A model generated the notes under the pieces. The model was not told where the DNA came from, made no database searches, and saw only the letters and a program-made list of their open reading frames with translations. A stretch of DNA of 64,000 nucleotides from Bacteroidota bacterium. Lineage in GTDB: Bacteria > Bacteroidota > Bacteroidia > Cytophagales > Cyclobacteriaceae. The stretch is taken from positions 46,686-110,685 of the forward strand of contig JAFDYY010000003.1 in the NCBI GenBank assembly GCA_018267195.1, read 5' to 3'. The stretch's first letter is position 1; the number at the start of each line of letters is the position of its first letter. Both the position numbers and the translations under genes were made by a program. Shown one piece after another: positions 56,401 through 64,000 of this stretch.

Positions 56401-57526
56401 TTAAGCCTCCACCTCTGGTGCCAATGTAGAGAATGCTGCTTTCATCTTCATAAACGGAACGAACAATACTGTGCGAGATTTGTTTTTTTAATGGTGATCC
56501 GGAAGAAATAGAATAAAACACCTTTTCACGATTCAGGAATTTATATACGCCATCACCATCGGTACCTATCCAGATCAAGTCTTGCGGAGTTTCGGTTATA
56601 GAGAGAATCTTAATTCCTTTCGAAACAAGTACCGGAAAGTAATCACCCATTTTCCGGAGATAGAGTGTTCCATTTTCAATCCCTATTTGATAGACTAACC
56701 CGGATTCAGTACCAACCCATGCAGATTTTTTATTTTTTGTCTCCGATAATAAGCTTACCTGCGATGAACCCAAGGGAATAACCTGAGCATTTTCTTCAAT
56801 ATTTGATAAATTATAAAAGAATAGTTTCCCAAGATTGGCATAGCTGATAAAATACTGATTGCCTATCTGGATAAACTTATGGTATACAAATGGATTGGGC
56901 AGGGTTAGTTGTTTAGAAAAAATTACACGGTTATTCAAACTGCATACTACTTTACCATCCGAACCAAGCATGTATAGTAAGCCCTTAAAACTCCCAATAT
57001 TAATAGTGTGAGATAGCCAATCCGCTTTGATTCCCTCAAAAGAAACTTTTTCAAAGATGTCCTTTATCTTATTATAACGTTTTATGCCGTTTCCGATATG
57101 GCTTACCCATACGGCAGAATCGGGACCTATGCAAGCACGCAAGTTATTTTCTAAAAAAGGTATATCATTTAAACTGTCAAGATAGCTTGTAAAAGATTCT
57201 GAATTGCGGTCAAAACGATTTATACCCCGATGTGTTACGACCCATAAATTTCCTGCCTTGTCTTCCAGAAAACCCCTGATAACATTGTTGCTAATTGTAT
57301 TTTTTTGATAGGGATCAGGTTTGTATATACTAATGGAACTGCCATCGTACCGATTGAGGCCATCCCATGTGCCGAGCCACATATATTCATAGCTATCCAT
57401 ATAAATAGATGTAACTGCTGAATTAGAGATATTTACCTCTTTGCCAATGTGTTGATAGGGAAGGGCTAAACTGGAGTCTGGTTGCGGGAAGTTTAATAGA
57501 GTAAAAAATAGGAAAAGAGTATTCAT
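53423..57526 (-). CDS. Hybrid two-component system regulator (periplasmic beta-propeller/Y_Y_Y sensor, histidine kinase, receiver, AraC-type HTH)
   Basis: 1367 aa. Signal peptide; many ~45-aa propeller repeats (...WIGT..GL..y...); a TM helix (WAYIIYSLLFIGVQISIVLIV); H-box IAHEFRTPLT; an HATPase region (GIGLSLTKSLV); a receiver (LLVVDDN...DLVISDILMPSIDG); and a C-terminal AraC HTH. Confidence 0.9.
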   Translation of the reverse strand: MNTLFLFFTLLNFPQPDSSLALPYQHIGKEVNISNSAVTSIYMDSYEYMWLGTWDGLNRYDGSSISIYKPDPYQKNTISNNVIRGFLEDKAGNLWVVTHRGINRFDRNSESFTSYLDSLNDIPFLENNLRACIGPDSAVWVSHIGNGIKRYNKIKDIFEKVSFEGIKADWLSHTINIGSFKGLLYMLGSDGKVVCSLNNRVIFSKQLTLPNPFVYHKFIQIGNQYFISYANLGKLFFYNLSNIEENAQVIPLGSSQVSLLSETKNKKSAWVGTESGLVYQIGIENGTLYLRKMGDYFPVLVSKGIKILSITETPQDLIWIGTDGDGVYKFLNREKVFYSISSGSPLKKQISHSIVRSVYEDESSILYIGTRGGGLNILDPKTKQTKIINTKNGLSNDAVLSLKKDHLGNLWVGTDGEGIDMIENKTNRIFHFPRDFENKTSIAFSSVYAICVDSYNDIWLGTSGYGVVHLKMKKRISGGYVLIEEDQIKHSASDKINSIKSNIVYTIIEDGPNSLWFGTRGGGIYRYNTLAKKIEEHIEANVNEKINLCNDDVLNLFFNNKEELWVGTSGGISLLSLKTRPYQSTKFTAREGLMNNTIHAILEDKKSNIWFSTNRGLVMFDRATNSFKNFDSQDGLINSEYTDGASYASKKSEQLFFGGINGLDIIEPAKLNLSTYFPKLVISNFILYNQSIKAKDGSNILHKHINFTDEINLTYNQNFISFSFTTLDYWTKDKSKFAYRLENFDNNWNELGQQQTISLTNIPPGHYHLKIKYTNENGIWSSSPKSLAIVIAPPFWKTTWAYIIYSLLFIGVQISIVLIVRWRAKTKKTAAIERFKAQQLKELNDYKLQFYTNIAHEFRTPLTLILGPAAALLQKSSDPDVKSQLKLIYSNSIRLQKLIEELIQFRKIESGKDRLELASVEIVGFTHQIVESFQQYALDRDIHLEFHTNHDEITALVDLKKIEKILLNLVSNAIKYSYKGGQVVILLEKDETNYKFTIKDEGAGIPEKDIDKIFESFQQSSQTLNDQFGFTKSTGIGLSLTKSLVILHKGNITVISKEGKGSTFVVTIPIKIQPQANQSPPHALVNIKERISQEFELSNTHPSQIDKIKNNSASKPVYSLLVVDDNNQITELLENMLLPKYNVYKASDGQKALTILEEERIDLVISDILMPSIDGLTLCKIIKENIQTSHIPVILLTAKVEIEDRIEGLQVGADSYIPKPFHPEHLFIRIEKLLERMELIRNKFQDSGTIEWSKGSLGINEKEDIFFSKIISCIQKNLGKPDFNANEIEEEVGMSKASLYKKIKTITGLTPHGLIKQYRLKKAGELLKNSSLSVSEVIYETGFNSRSYFYKSFNEMYHCHPKDFNSQ

Positions 57527-57739
57527 GCTCTGTAAATTCTACGAGATTTAGCTTTAAAGTTAGGAAATACCACGCAGGATAACACCCCTTTAGTTGTCCA
57601 CTGTATTTCATTTTTGTCCTACTGGTTCTTTTTTACATCATTTTAGAATTTAAAGAACACAAGAAATTTTATAGAGGACGTTTGTGCAACCGTTTTATAA
57701 AATATTTGCTACGGATAGATAAATCAGTATGCTAATTCT

Positions 57740-58813
57740 ATGAGTGTTAATACGGTCTTTGTTAAACGGGCTTTAGCTAACCCGATTCTTTGCCCCCGAG
57801 ATGTAAATCCCAGCTCGGAGAATATGATTGTAGAGTGTTTGCTAAACCCTGGTGTTTTTATTTTTGATAATAAAATTTGGTTGTTACTCCGAGTGGCTGA
57901 GCGAACAAAACAAACGGATGAACAAATCACGGTACCTATCTATAATGAGCAAGGCCAAGTCGAATTTATTTCTTTTAAAAAGAATGACCCCCTCTTACAA
58001 GCTACCGACCCCCGGGTGCTAAACTATGGAGGTAAAGATTATTTAACAACCATTTCGCACTTACGGTTAGTATGTAGTCATGATGGAAAAAATTTTTATG
58101 CCCCCGATGGGTACAAGCCTATTTATGGGCAAGGTCAATTTGAAGAATATGGGATAGAGGATTGCAGGGTAACCCAAATAGGCAAAACGTATTTATTAAC
58201 CTACACTATGGTTTCTTCTCTAGGGGTAGGTGTAGGGTTAATACAAACTACAGATTGGAAAGTATTTGAACGTCAGGGAATGATTTTTCCGCCACATAAT
58301 AAAGACTGTGCAATTTTTCCTGATAAAATTAATGGTAAGTATTATGCATTGCACAGACCAAGCAGCCCTCAGCTAGGCGGAAATTATATTTGGCTGGCCG
58401 AGTCAAACGATCTTATTCATTGGGGGAATAATAAATGTATTGCTACTACACGAAAGGGGGAGTGGGACAGTGCCCGTATAGGGGCGGGAGCTGCTCCCAT
58501 TAAAACCAGCGAAGGATGGTTAGAAATATACCATGGTGCGGATGAGAAACACCGCTATTGTTTAGGCGCTTTGCTATTAGATTTACATAATCCTTCCAAA
58601 GTGATAGCCAGAAGCAAAGAACCCATTATGGTTCCTGAAGCTGAATATGAACTGACCGGTTTTTTTGGCAATGTTATTTTTACCAACGGACATCATGTAA
58701 TTGAGGATACCATCCATCTATACTATGGTGCTAGCGATGAAGTGATTTGCCAGGCCGAACTTTCTGTGAGGAATATTTTGGATTCTTTATTAAAAAGAAA
58801 AAATTGTTTATGA
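57740..58813 (+). CDS. Glycoside hydrolase family 130 protein (beta-mannoside phosphorylase/hydrolase type)
   Basis: 357 aa with GH130 hallmarks GIEDCRVT (catalytic Asp region), NKDCAIFPDKINGKYYALHRP, and YCLGALLLDLHNPSKVIARSKEPIMVPEAEYELTGFFGNVIFTNG. No signal peptide. Confidence 0.85.
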   Translation: MSVNTVFVKRALANPILCPRDVNPSSENMIVECLLNPGVFIFDNKIWLLLRVAERTKQTDEQITVPIYNEQGQVEFISFKKNDPLLQATDPRVLNYGGKDYLTTISHLRLVCSHDGKNFYAPDGYKPIYGQGQFEEYGIEDCRVTQIGKTYLLTYTMVSSLGVGVGLIQTTDWKVFERQGMIFPPHNKDCAIFPDKINGKYYALHRPSSPQLGGNYIWLAESNDLIHWGNNKCIATTRKGEWDSARIGAGAAPIKTSEGWLEIYHGADEKHRYCLGALLLDLHNPSKVIARSKEPIMVPEAEYELTGFFGNVIFTNGHHVIEDTIHLYYGASDEVICQAELSVRNILDSLLKRKNCL

Positions 58814-60075
58814 CAGTTGCAGCGATTCTTAAAAGACCGATAAAGGAGTATTCTTTCTTTTTGTCTTTACCCCAGGCTACCCGGGTGCTGCTTATTACTA
58901 ATATGGTTTATGCTTTTGTGTTGCCTGTTATTGAAATATTTGTGGGAGCCTATATTATGCGAAACTCAAATGACCCAAGTAAGGTGGCAGCATATCAGCT
59001 GGCAGTTTATACAGGTATCCCTATTGCCTTTTATATCAATGGGCTCCTTTTAAACTATATCAAAATATCTCGGCTTTACAGTTTTGGTATGATGCTAAGT
59101 GGGCTGTCTATGTTAGTAATGATGAGCCTTTCCAGTTTGTCTTCTTTAGGAATAAGTTTGGCAGGTGTGCTAATGGGGTGTTCGTTTGGTTTTTTCTGGG
59201 CCAACCGCGATTATCTGACACTGAATTCAACAGACGATTCAACACGAAATTATTATTATGGCCTTGAAACATTCTTCTATACCATTACCTATATTATAGT
59301 ACCTCTTTTAGTTGGCTATTTTTTAGCAGGTGTCGAAAAAGACGGATGGTTTTTAGGAAATGTTAATGCGGCATACCGACTGGTTACTGTAGTGGTTTTC
59401 CTACTTACCATTATCTCCAGTCTGATTGTACATCAGGGGAAATTTAATAACCCGTCTCAAAAGAGATTTGTTTTTTTTAAGTTCCATTCGTTATGGAAAA
59501 AAATGATTGCATTAGCCGGGCTTAAGGGGTTAGCTCAAGGATATTTAGTTACGGCTCCGGCCATTTTAATTATGCGTTTAGTTGGTAATGAAGGCTCGCT
59601 TGGTATGGTGCAGGGTATTAGTGGTGTGCTTACTGCCTTTTTGCTTTATTTATTGGGGCGTGTAGCCAAACCCGCACACCGCATATATATTTTTACGGCC
59701 GGCCTTACTATTTTCCTTATCGGAACACTGGCAAATGGAATACTCTTTTCTGCCGTTGGAGTAATCATTTTTGTTCTTTGTAAAGTACTATTTACCCCAC
59801 TACACGACATTGCCTATTTTCCAATTGAAATGAGAACAATTGATGTAGTATCTAAAATCGAAAACCGAAATGAGTTTGCGTATATTTTTAATCATGAATT
59901 TGGTCTGTACTTAGGCCGGTTTATTGGCTTAGTACTTTTTATTTGCCTGGCGCAGTATGTTTCAGAAGACTTTGCGTTAAAATATGCATTGATTATTATC
60001 GCTATTGTACAACTTGCTTCTATTCCTTTAGCCAAACACATAGTTACACTCACTAATAAATTTTCTGGGGCATGA
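58810..60075 (+). CDS. MFS-type sugar transporter
   Basis: ~12 TM helices. The ATG at 58810 overlaps the GH130 stop (ATGA). The track start at 58747 is an over-extension into GH130. Confidence 0.75.
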   Translation: MTVAAILKRPIKEYSFFLSLPQATRVLLITNMVYAFVLPVIEIFVGAYIMRNSNDPSKVAAYQLAVYTGIPIAFYINGLLLNYIKISRLYSFGMMLSGLSMLVMMSLSSLSSLGISLAGVLMGCSFGFFWANRDYLTLNSTDDSTRNYYYGLETFFYTITYIIVPLLVGYFLAGVEKDGWFLGNVNAAYRLVTVVVFLLTIISSLIVHQGKFNNPSQKRFVFFKFHSLWKKMIALAGLKGLAQGYLVTAPAILIMRLVGNEGSLGMVQGISGVLTAFLLYLLGRVAKPAHRIYIFTAGLTIFLIGTLANGILFSAVGVIIFVLCKVLFTPLHDIAYFPIEMRTIDVVSKIENRNEFAYIFNHEFGLYLGRFIGLVLFICLAQYVSEDFALKYALIIIAIVQLASIPLAKHIVTLTNKFSGA

Positions 60076-61817
60076 TAATCAAATCATTTTTAAAAATTTC
60101 GGGGTTTGCTTTTCTTTTTTGCACTGCCATTTCCTGCGAAAAAAAAGATGAAATGATTGAGCAGATCATGATTGATAAAGTATTGAGTATGCCCGATCAC
60201 CCCAAGCCTTACAAAATGATAGACTGGTATGAAAAAGCATACAACTTCGACCAATATGTATTTAACGCTGATTTGAAAGGTGATTTTCTTCCTTTTATTT
60301 GGACCGACCAATCCAAAAGAAATTTTAATCAAAACACATTCGGCCTATATACTGCCATAGGTGATGTGCGGCAAGGTGTTACAGGAAACGTTGAATTTCA
60401 CGAAGCGCTTTGTAGTATGGGGGCTTTACTGGGAGCCGGCCTGGTTGGTATCGATAAAACCAATCAGAATGGTAAAAATTATGTGCAACTAATACAGAAT
60501 TATTTTAATACCGAGAATGGATGGAATATAATGATGGATAATACCAATTCTAAAGTAGCCGCTTTAGGTGGTGGATATGGAAGAGATTGGTGGTACGATG
60601 TTTTCCCTAATGTCTTGTTTTATGCTCTCTGCGAGATATTTCCAAACGTTCCTCGTGCAGACAGTTTACAACACATTATAGCCGAACAATTTTATAAAGC
60701 TGATTCGGTACTGAACGGCAATTACGATTATTCTTATTTTGATTACGGAAAATTAAAAGGGATGTCTAACCACATACCGCATCAGCAAGATGCGGCCGCA
60801 GGGCATGCATACGTATTGCTTTCTGCCTATGAAAAATTTAATGATACGCGCTACCTGAATGCGGCCAAATCTGCCATGAATTCTTTTGTAAGTCAAAAAG
60901 AAAGTCGTTTCTATGAAGTCCTTATGCCGTTTGGGGCTTTAGTAGCGGCTCGATTAAACGCTGAATATGGAACGAACTATGATGTTAAGAAAATTTTAGA
61001 TTGGACTTTCGATGGCTGTAAAGCAAAAGATGGAAGAACGGGATGGGGGGTAATAGCAGAACGATGGGGTGACTATGATGTACACGGTTTGCAGGGCAGC
61101 ATAACGGATGGCGGGGGGTATGCATTTCTTATGAACTCCTTTGATTTGTCTTGGCCGTTAGTACCCATGGTGCGCTATGACAGTAGGTTTGCCAACGCCA
61201 TAGGCAAATGGATGTTAAATATGGCTAATGCAGCAAGATTAATGTATCCTTATGAGATTGACGATCGGCATCAATGGCTGGCTGATAAAAAACAGATTAC
61301 TAAAAATGTTATTGCTTATGAGGGATTACGAAAATTAGATTGGGTTTACCGTAAAAAATCTATGGAAGGGGTGAGCCCGGTAGCGCTGGGAGATGGGCCA
61401 CAATGGGCCAAGAATCAACCGGAAGAATCAATGTTTAGTATATACAGTTCAGCCCAAGTAGGAATTCTCGGAGCGATGATCAGGAAGACAAATGTTGACC
61501 AAATTTTGCAAATCAATTGCCGAACTACTGATTTTTATTCAAAAAAATCTTTTCCAACGTACCTGTATTACAATCCTTATGATAGTATTAAGTCGGTTGT
61601 TTTTCATAACGATCAATCTTATGCGGTTGATTTATTTGATGTCCTTTCAAAAAAAATAATTGCTAAAAATGTAACGGAAGAATGTCGATTTGATATCGGT
61701 AATAAATCTTCCCGGTTAATAACCGTTTTGCCCAACGGAACGATTATAAAATCTGAAAATGGAGTATATCACTCAAAAGGAATTATTGCAGCTTACCATA
61801 TAAATAATAAAAATTAA
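60072..61817 (+). CDS. Uncharacterised lipoprotein (581 aa), candidate carbohydrate-active enzyme of unknown family
   Basis: Lipoprotein signal MIIKSFLKISGFAFLFCTAISC. Helix-rich, aromatic-rich body (GRDWWYDVFPNVLFYAL, AAGHAYVLLSAYEKF, ANAIGKWMLNMANAARL) suggests an alpha/alpha-toroid-like fold, with a ~90-aa beta-like C-terminus. I recognise no family motif. ATGA overlap with the MFS gene. Confidence 0.5.
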   Translation: MIIKSFLKISGFAFLFCTAISCEKKDEMIEQIMIDKVLSMPDHPKPYKMIDWYEKAYNFDQYVFNADLKGDFLPFIWTDQSKRNFNQNTFGLYTAIGDVRQGVTGNVEFHEALCSMGALLGAGLVGIDKTNQNGKNYVQLIQNYFNTENGWNIMMDNTNSKVAALGGGYGRDWWYDVFPNVLFYALCEIFPNVPRADSLQHIIAEQFYKADSVLNGNYDYSYFDYGKLKGMSNHIPHQQDAAAGHAYVLLSAYEKFNDTRYLNAAKSAMNSFVSQKESRFYEVLMPFGALVAARLNAEYGTNYDVKKILDWTFDGCKAKDGRTGWGVIAERWGDYDVHGLQGSITDGGGYAFLMNSFDLSWPLVPMVRYDSRFANAIGKWMLNMANAARLMYPYEIDDRHQWLADKKQITKNVIAYEGLRKLDWVYRKKSMEGVSPVALGDGPQWAKNQPEESMFSIYSSAQVGILGAMIRKTNVDQILQINCRTTDFYSKKSFPTYLYYNPYDSIKSVVFHNDQSYAVDLFDVLSKKIIAKNVTEECRFDIGNKSSRLITVLPNGTIIKSENGVYHSKGIIAAYHINNKN

Positions 61818-61826
61818 CCCGTAGAG

Positions 61827-64000
61827 ATGAAGAATAGATACTTTTTATTTTTTTGTTTTATTCTGTTAATGATTGTTTGTTCTGCACAAAGTGCCTGGGC
61901 ACAAAAAACAATTACAGGGGTAGTTACAAGCGATACGAATGAGCCTCTTGCCGGAGTTACTGTACTTATAAAAAATACTGGATCAGGAACTTCAACGGAT
62001 GCTGAAGGAAAGTTTTTGCTTCAACTTCCTTCTGATTATGAAAACGGAGGGGTATTAGTTTTTTCGTTTATTGGATACATCACACAAGAAGTTTCATTAA
62101 ATAATCAACAAACATTTCTAATAACACTTAAAGAAGACTCTAAAGCACTAGAAGAAGTAGTAGTAACCGGCTATCAATCTGAAGAGAGAAATAAAGTAAT
62201 GGGGGCAGTGGTTACCGTAAAACCGGAATTATTAACTAAGATACCGGTTGCCGGAATTGATCAAGCTATTCAAGGTAGAATACCGGGGGTTGTAGTAACG
62301 CAAAATACAGGTGCACCGGGGGAGGGGGTAATTGTACGCATCAGAGGAGTTGGTTCATTGAACAGTAACAATCAGCCACTTTACGTAATAGATGGCATGC
62401 CCACATTAGATGCTACCGCCATTGCTCCGCAGGACATTCAGACACTGACCGTATTAAAAGATGCCAGTGCTTCTGCTTTGTATGGAGCCAGAGCTGCCAA
62501 CGGAGTCATTCTTATTACTACTAAAATGAGTAGCACGAATAAACTAACAATTTCTTATAACGGACAAATGGGGGTTCAGTCGCCAACGCGTCTTGTACCC
62601 ATGGCGAGTACTTCCCAATATGTATCTATATATAATGAAGCGGCACATACAGATAACCTTGATTTACCGAGTTTTCTTCAACGACCCTATATTCCTAATC
62701 AGCTAGCGGCCACGTTACCAAATGTTAATCAGGTAAAGGCTATTACTCAACCCAATGCTATGATTGAAACACACAGCCTGTCTTTTTCCGGAGGAGAAGG
62801 TAAAACCAGATTTTTTTTGGCAGGCAGTTATTTTAAACAAAGTGGAATAATTAAGGCAAGTAACTATTCACGCCTTACAGCACGCATTAATGTGGAGTCG
62901 GAATTGAAAAAATGGTTAAAGACCGGGGTTAACCTTAATATATCGCATGCTATTACCGACCTAATTGGAAGTTCGGGAGATGGCGCGGGAGGTAATGGAG
63001 GAAGCGTTTTGCGCTATGCCTATTTTCGTTCACCGGCCGTTCCGGTTTATGATTCTACCGGAAATTTTGTTGATAAGCCCGATCGGTACGATTTGTTTGG
63101 AGATGGGTATAATCCGGTGGGGATGTTGGCATATAATCAAAATAGATTAAAAGCTGACCGAATTTTTGGAAGATACTTTATTACACTTACGCCTATTGAG
63201 GGGCTGACCTTTACGTCAAGTATTGGGGTAGATTTAATTAGCCAAAACCATCGCAGGTTTGATCGCAACTGGGGAACCGGACTGCGGATCAACAACCCTA
63301 ATCGATTAACCGTAGCGGATGATCGAAATGGAACGTACACATTCAGCAATTTTGCAACTTATACGAAAACTTTAGGTAGTCAAAATATAGCCGTATTAGT
63401 TGGCACGGAGGCAATCAAAACATCGCTGTATGATATTACGGCTACAGACACTCAGTTTGCTACCCAAAGCAGTGATTTGGTTTATCTGGGAAATGGCCTG
63501 GGGCAAAAAACATTATCAGAGACTCTGCAGGGAAATGCGCTTCTTTCCTTTTTTGGAAAAATTAGTTATGACATAGATAAAAAATACTTGGCTTCTGTTA
63601 CTGTACGGAGAGATGGTTCTTCACGTTTTGGAGCATCTAACCGATACGGAAATTTTTATGCCGGTTCTTTAGGGTGGAGGATTGATAAAGAAAGTTTTTT
63701 ACAAAACACACAATGGCTTGATAAACTTTTGCTGAGAGTGGGATACGGAGTGGTAGGGAATCAGGAAATTCCTAACTATGCTTTTTCTGATCAGTATGGA
63801 GTAACCTACAACTACCCCTTCGGAGGAATAAAAAATGTGGGGTATGCGGTATCTCAGTTGGGCAATGCCAATATCAAGTGGGAGTCAAGTAATCAATTGA
63901 ATGCGGGAGCTGACTTTGCTATTTGGAACGGACGACTTACCGGTTCTATTGATTTTTTTAATAAGATAACATCGGGTTTACTCAATAACCAGCCCATTGC
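61827..64000 (+). CDS. SusC/RagA-family TonB-dependent outer-membrane receptor, N-terminal ~724 codons (3' end outside the window)
   Basis: Absent from the ORF track because no stop is reached. ATG at 61827; signal peptide ...VCSAQSAWAQ. CarboxypepD_reg domain (ITGVVTSDTNEPLAGVTVLIKNTGSGTSTDAEGKFLL), TonB-box/plug region (EEVVVTGY..., IRIRGVGSLNSNNQPLYVIDGMP, ASALYGARAANGVILITTK), then barrel strands. Confidence 0.9.
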   Translation, partial: MKNRYFLFFCFILLMIVCSAQSAWAQKTITGVVTSDTNEPLAGVTVLIKNTGSGTSTDAEGKFLLQLPSDYENGGVLVFSFIGYITQEVSLNNQQTFLITLKEDSKALEEVVVTGYQSEERNKVMGAVVTVKPELLTKIPVAGIDQAIQGRIPGVVVTQNTGAPGEGVIVRIRGVGSLNSNNQPLYVIDGMPTLDATAIAPQDIQTLTVLKDASASALYGARAANGVILITTKMSSTNKLTISYNGQMGVQSPTRLVPMASTSQYVSIYNEAAHTDNLDLPSFLQRPYIPNQLAATLPNVNQVKAITQPNAMIETHSLSFSGGEGKTRFFLAGSYFKQSGIIKASNYSRLTARINVESELKKWLKTGVNLNISHAITDLIGSSGDGAGGNGGSVLRYAYFRSPAVPVYDSTGNFVDKPDRYDLFGDGYNPVGMLAYNQNRLKADRIFGRYFITLTPIEGLTFTSSIGVDLISQNHRRFDRNWGTGLRINNPNRLTVADDRNGTYTFSNFATYTKTLGSQNIAVLVGTEAIKTSLYDITATDTQFATQSSDLVYLGNGLGQKTLSETLQGNALLSFFGKISYDIDKKYLASVTVRRDGSSRFGASNRYGNFYAGSLGWRIDKESFLQNTQWLDKLLLRVGYGVVGNQEIPNYAFSDQYGVTYNYPFGGIKNVGYAVSQLGNANIKWESSNQLNAGADFAIWNGRLTGSIDFFNKITSGLLNNQPI

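Noticed and set aside
57547-57655. Imperfect direct repeat TTTAG-N1/2-TTTAAAG (57547-57559 and 57642-57655) as a candidate HTCS/AraC operator upstream of GH130
   Set aside because: The motif is short and A/T-only in an A/T-rich spacer, with variable internal spacing. Chance occurrence is likely, so it is not reported as a feature.
57682-57690. The 9-mer TTGTGCAAC is shared between the E1 palindrome (1601-1609) and the GH130 promoter region
   Set aside because: Only a half-site is present at 57682, with no inverted partner. The match overlaps a probable -33 TTTG element. One 9-mer recurrence in 64 kb is near chance expectation.
1-64000. Search for a defence island, toxin-antitoxin pair, restriction-modification system, prophage, integrase/transposase, CRISPR array, tRNA or rRNA
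   Set aside because: Every ORF of 100 aa or more resolves to a housekeeping, respiratory, biosynthetic, envelope or glycan-utilisation family. None shows recombinase, nuclease/helicase, Cas or phage-structural hallmarks. No intergenic gap contains a tRNA-like T-arm or regularly spaced repeats. The prompt's hint of a novel system cannot be substantiated as a defence or mobile system from this sequence.

Overview
The window reads as a Bacteroidota chromosome segment. Supporting signs are a SusC-type TonB receptor, a hybrid two-component regulator, a T9SS C-terminal sorting domain, TTTG/TAnnTTTG-type promoters and a bTHX ribosomal protein. Almost all of it is core metabolism and is densely coding. 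Left to right: the ftsH 3' end, then a 10-kb run of minus-strand housekeeping genes (yhhQ, rnz, a STAS protein, purC, thiolase, BatB/BatC-like, TauE, O-methyltransferase, PepSY-TM). Next come an ECF sigma / anti-sigma / Spy-like module, folC, trmB, a DUF5686-type outer-membrane protein and leuS. A 14-gene respiratory block follows: alternative complex III actABCDEF, then aa3-type cytochrome oxidase coxB-ctaD-cyoE, two subunit III genes and subunit IV. After that are a small accessory patch (T9SS-secreted CotH, MFS, BNR propeller, SGNH esterase), a complete trpEGDCFBA operon, and a PUL-like glycan locus (HTCS regulator, GH130, MFS, unknown lipoprotein, SusC) running off the right edge. I found no rRNA, tRNA, CRISPR array, transposase, integrase, prophage or recognisable defence/TA/RM genes, so I cannot honestly point to a clear new system of that kind. 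The most interesting signals are outside the supplied ORF track. One is a 58-codon bTHX ribosomal protein gene. It is followed 3 nt later by a 24-codon leader ORF with three consecutive Trp codons, alternative hairpins and an intrinsic terminator, which looks like a classical trp attenuator. The others are the tightly coupled GH130-MFS-unknown lipoprotein-SusC operon, and an ActA with an extra N-terminal monoheme cytochrome c module. All family calls come from motif recognition by eye; no database search was possible. Many ORF-track starts are over-extended (upstream-most ATG/GTG/TTG) and were trimmed where the sequence supports it.
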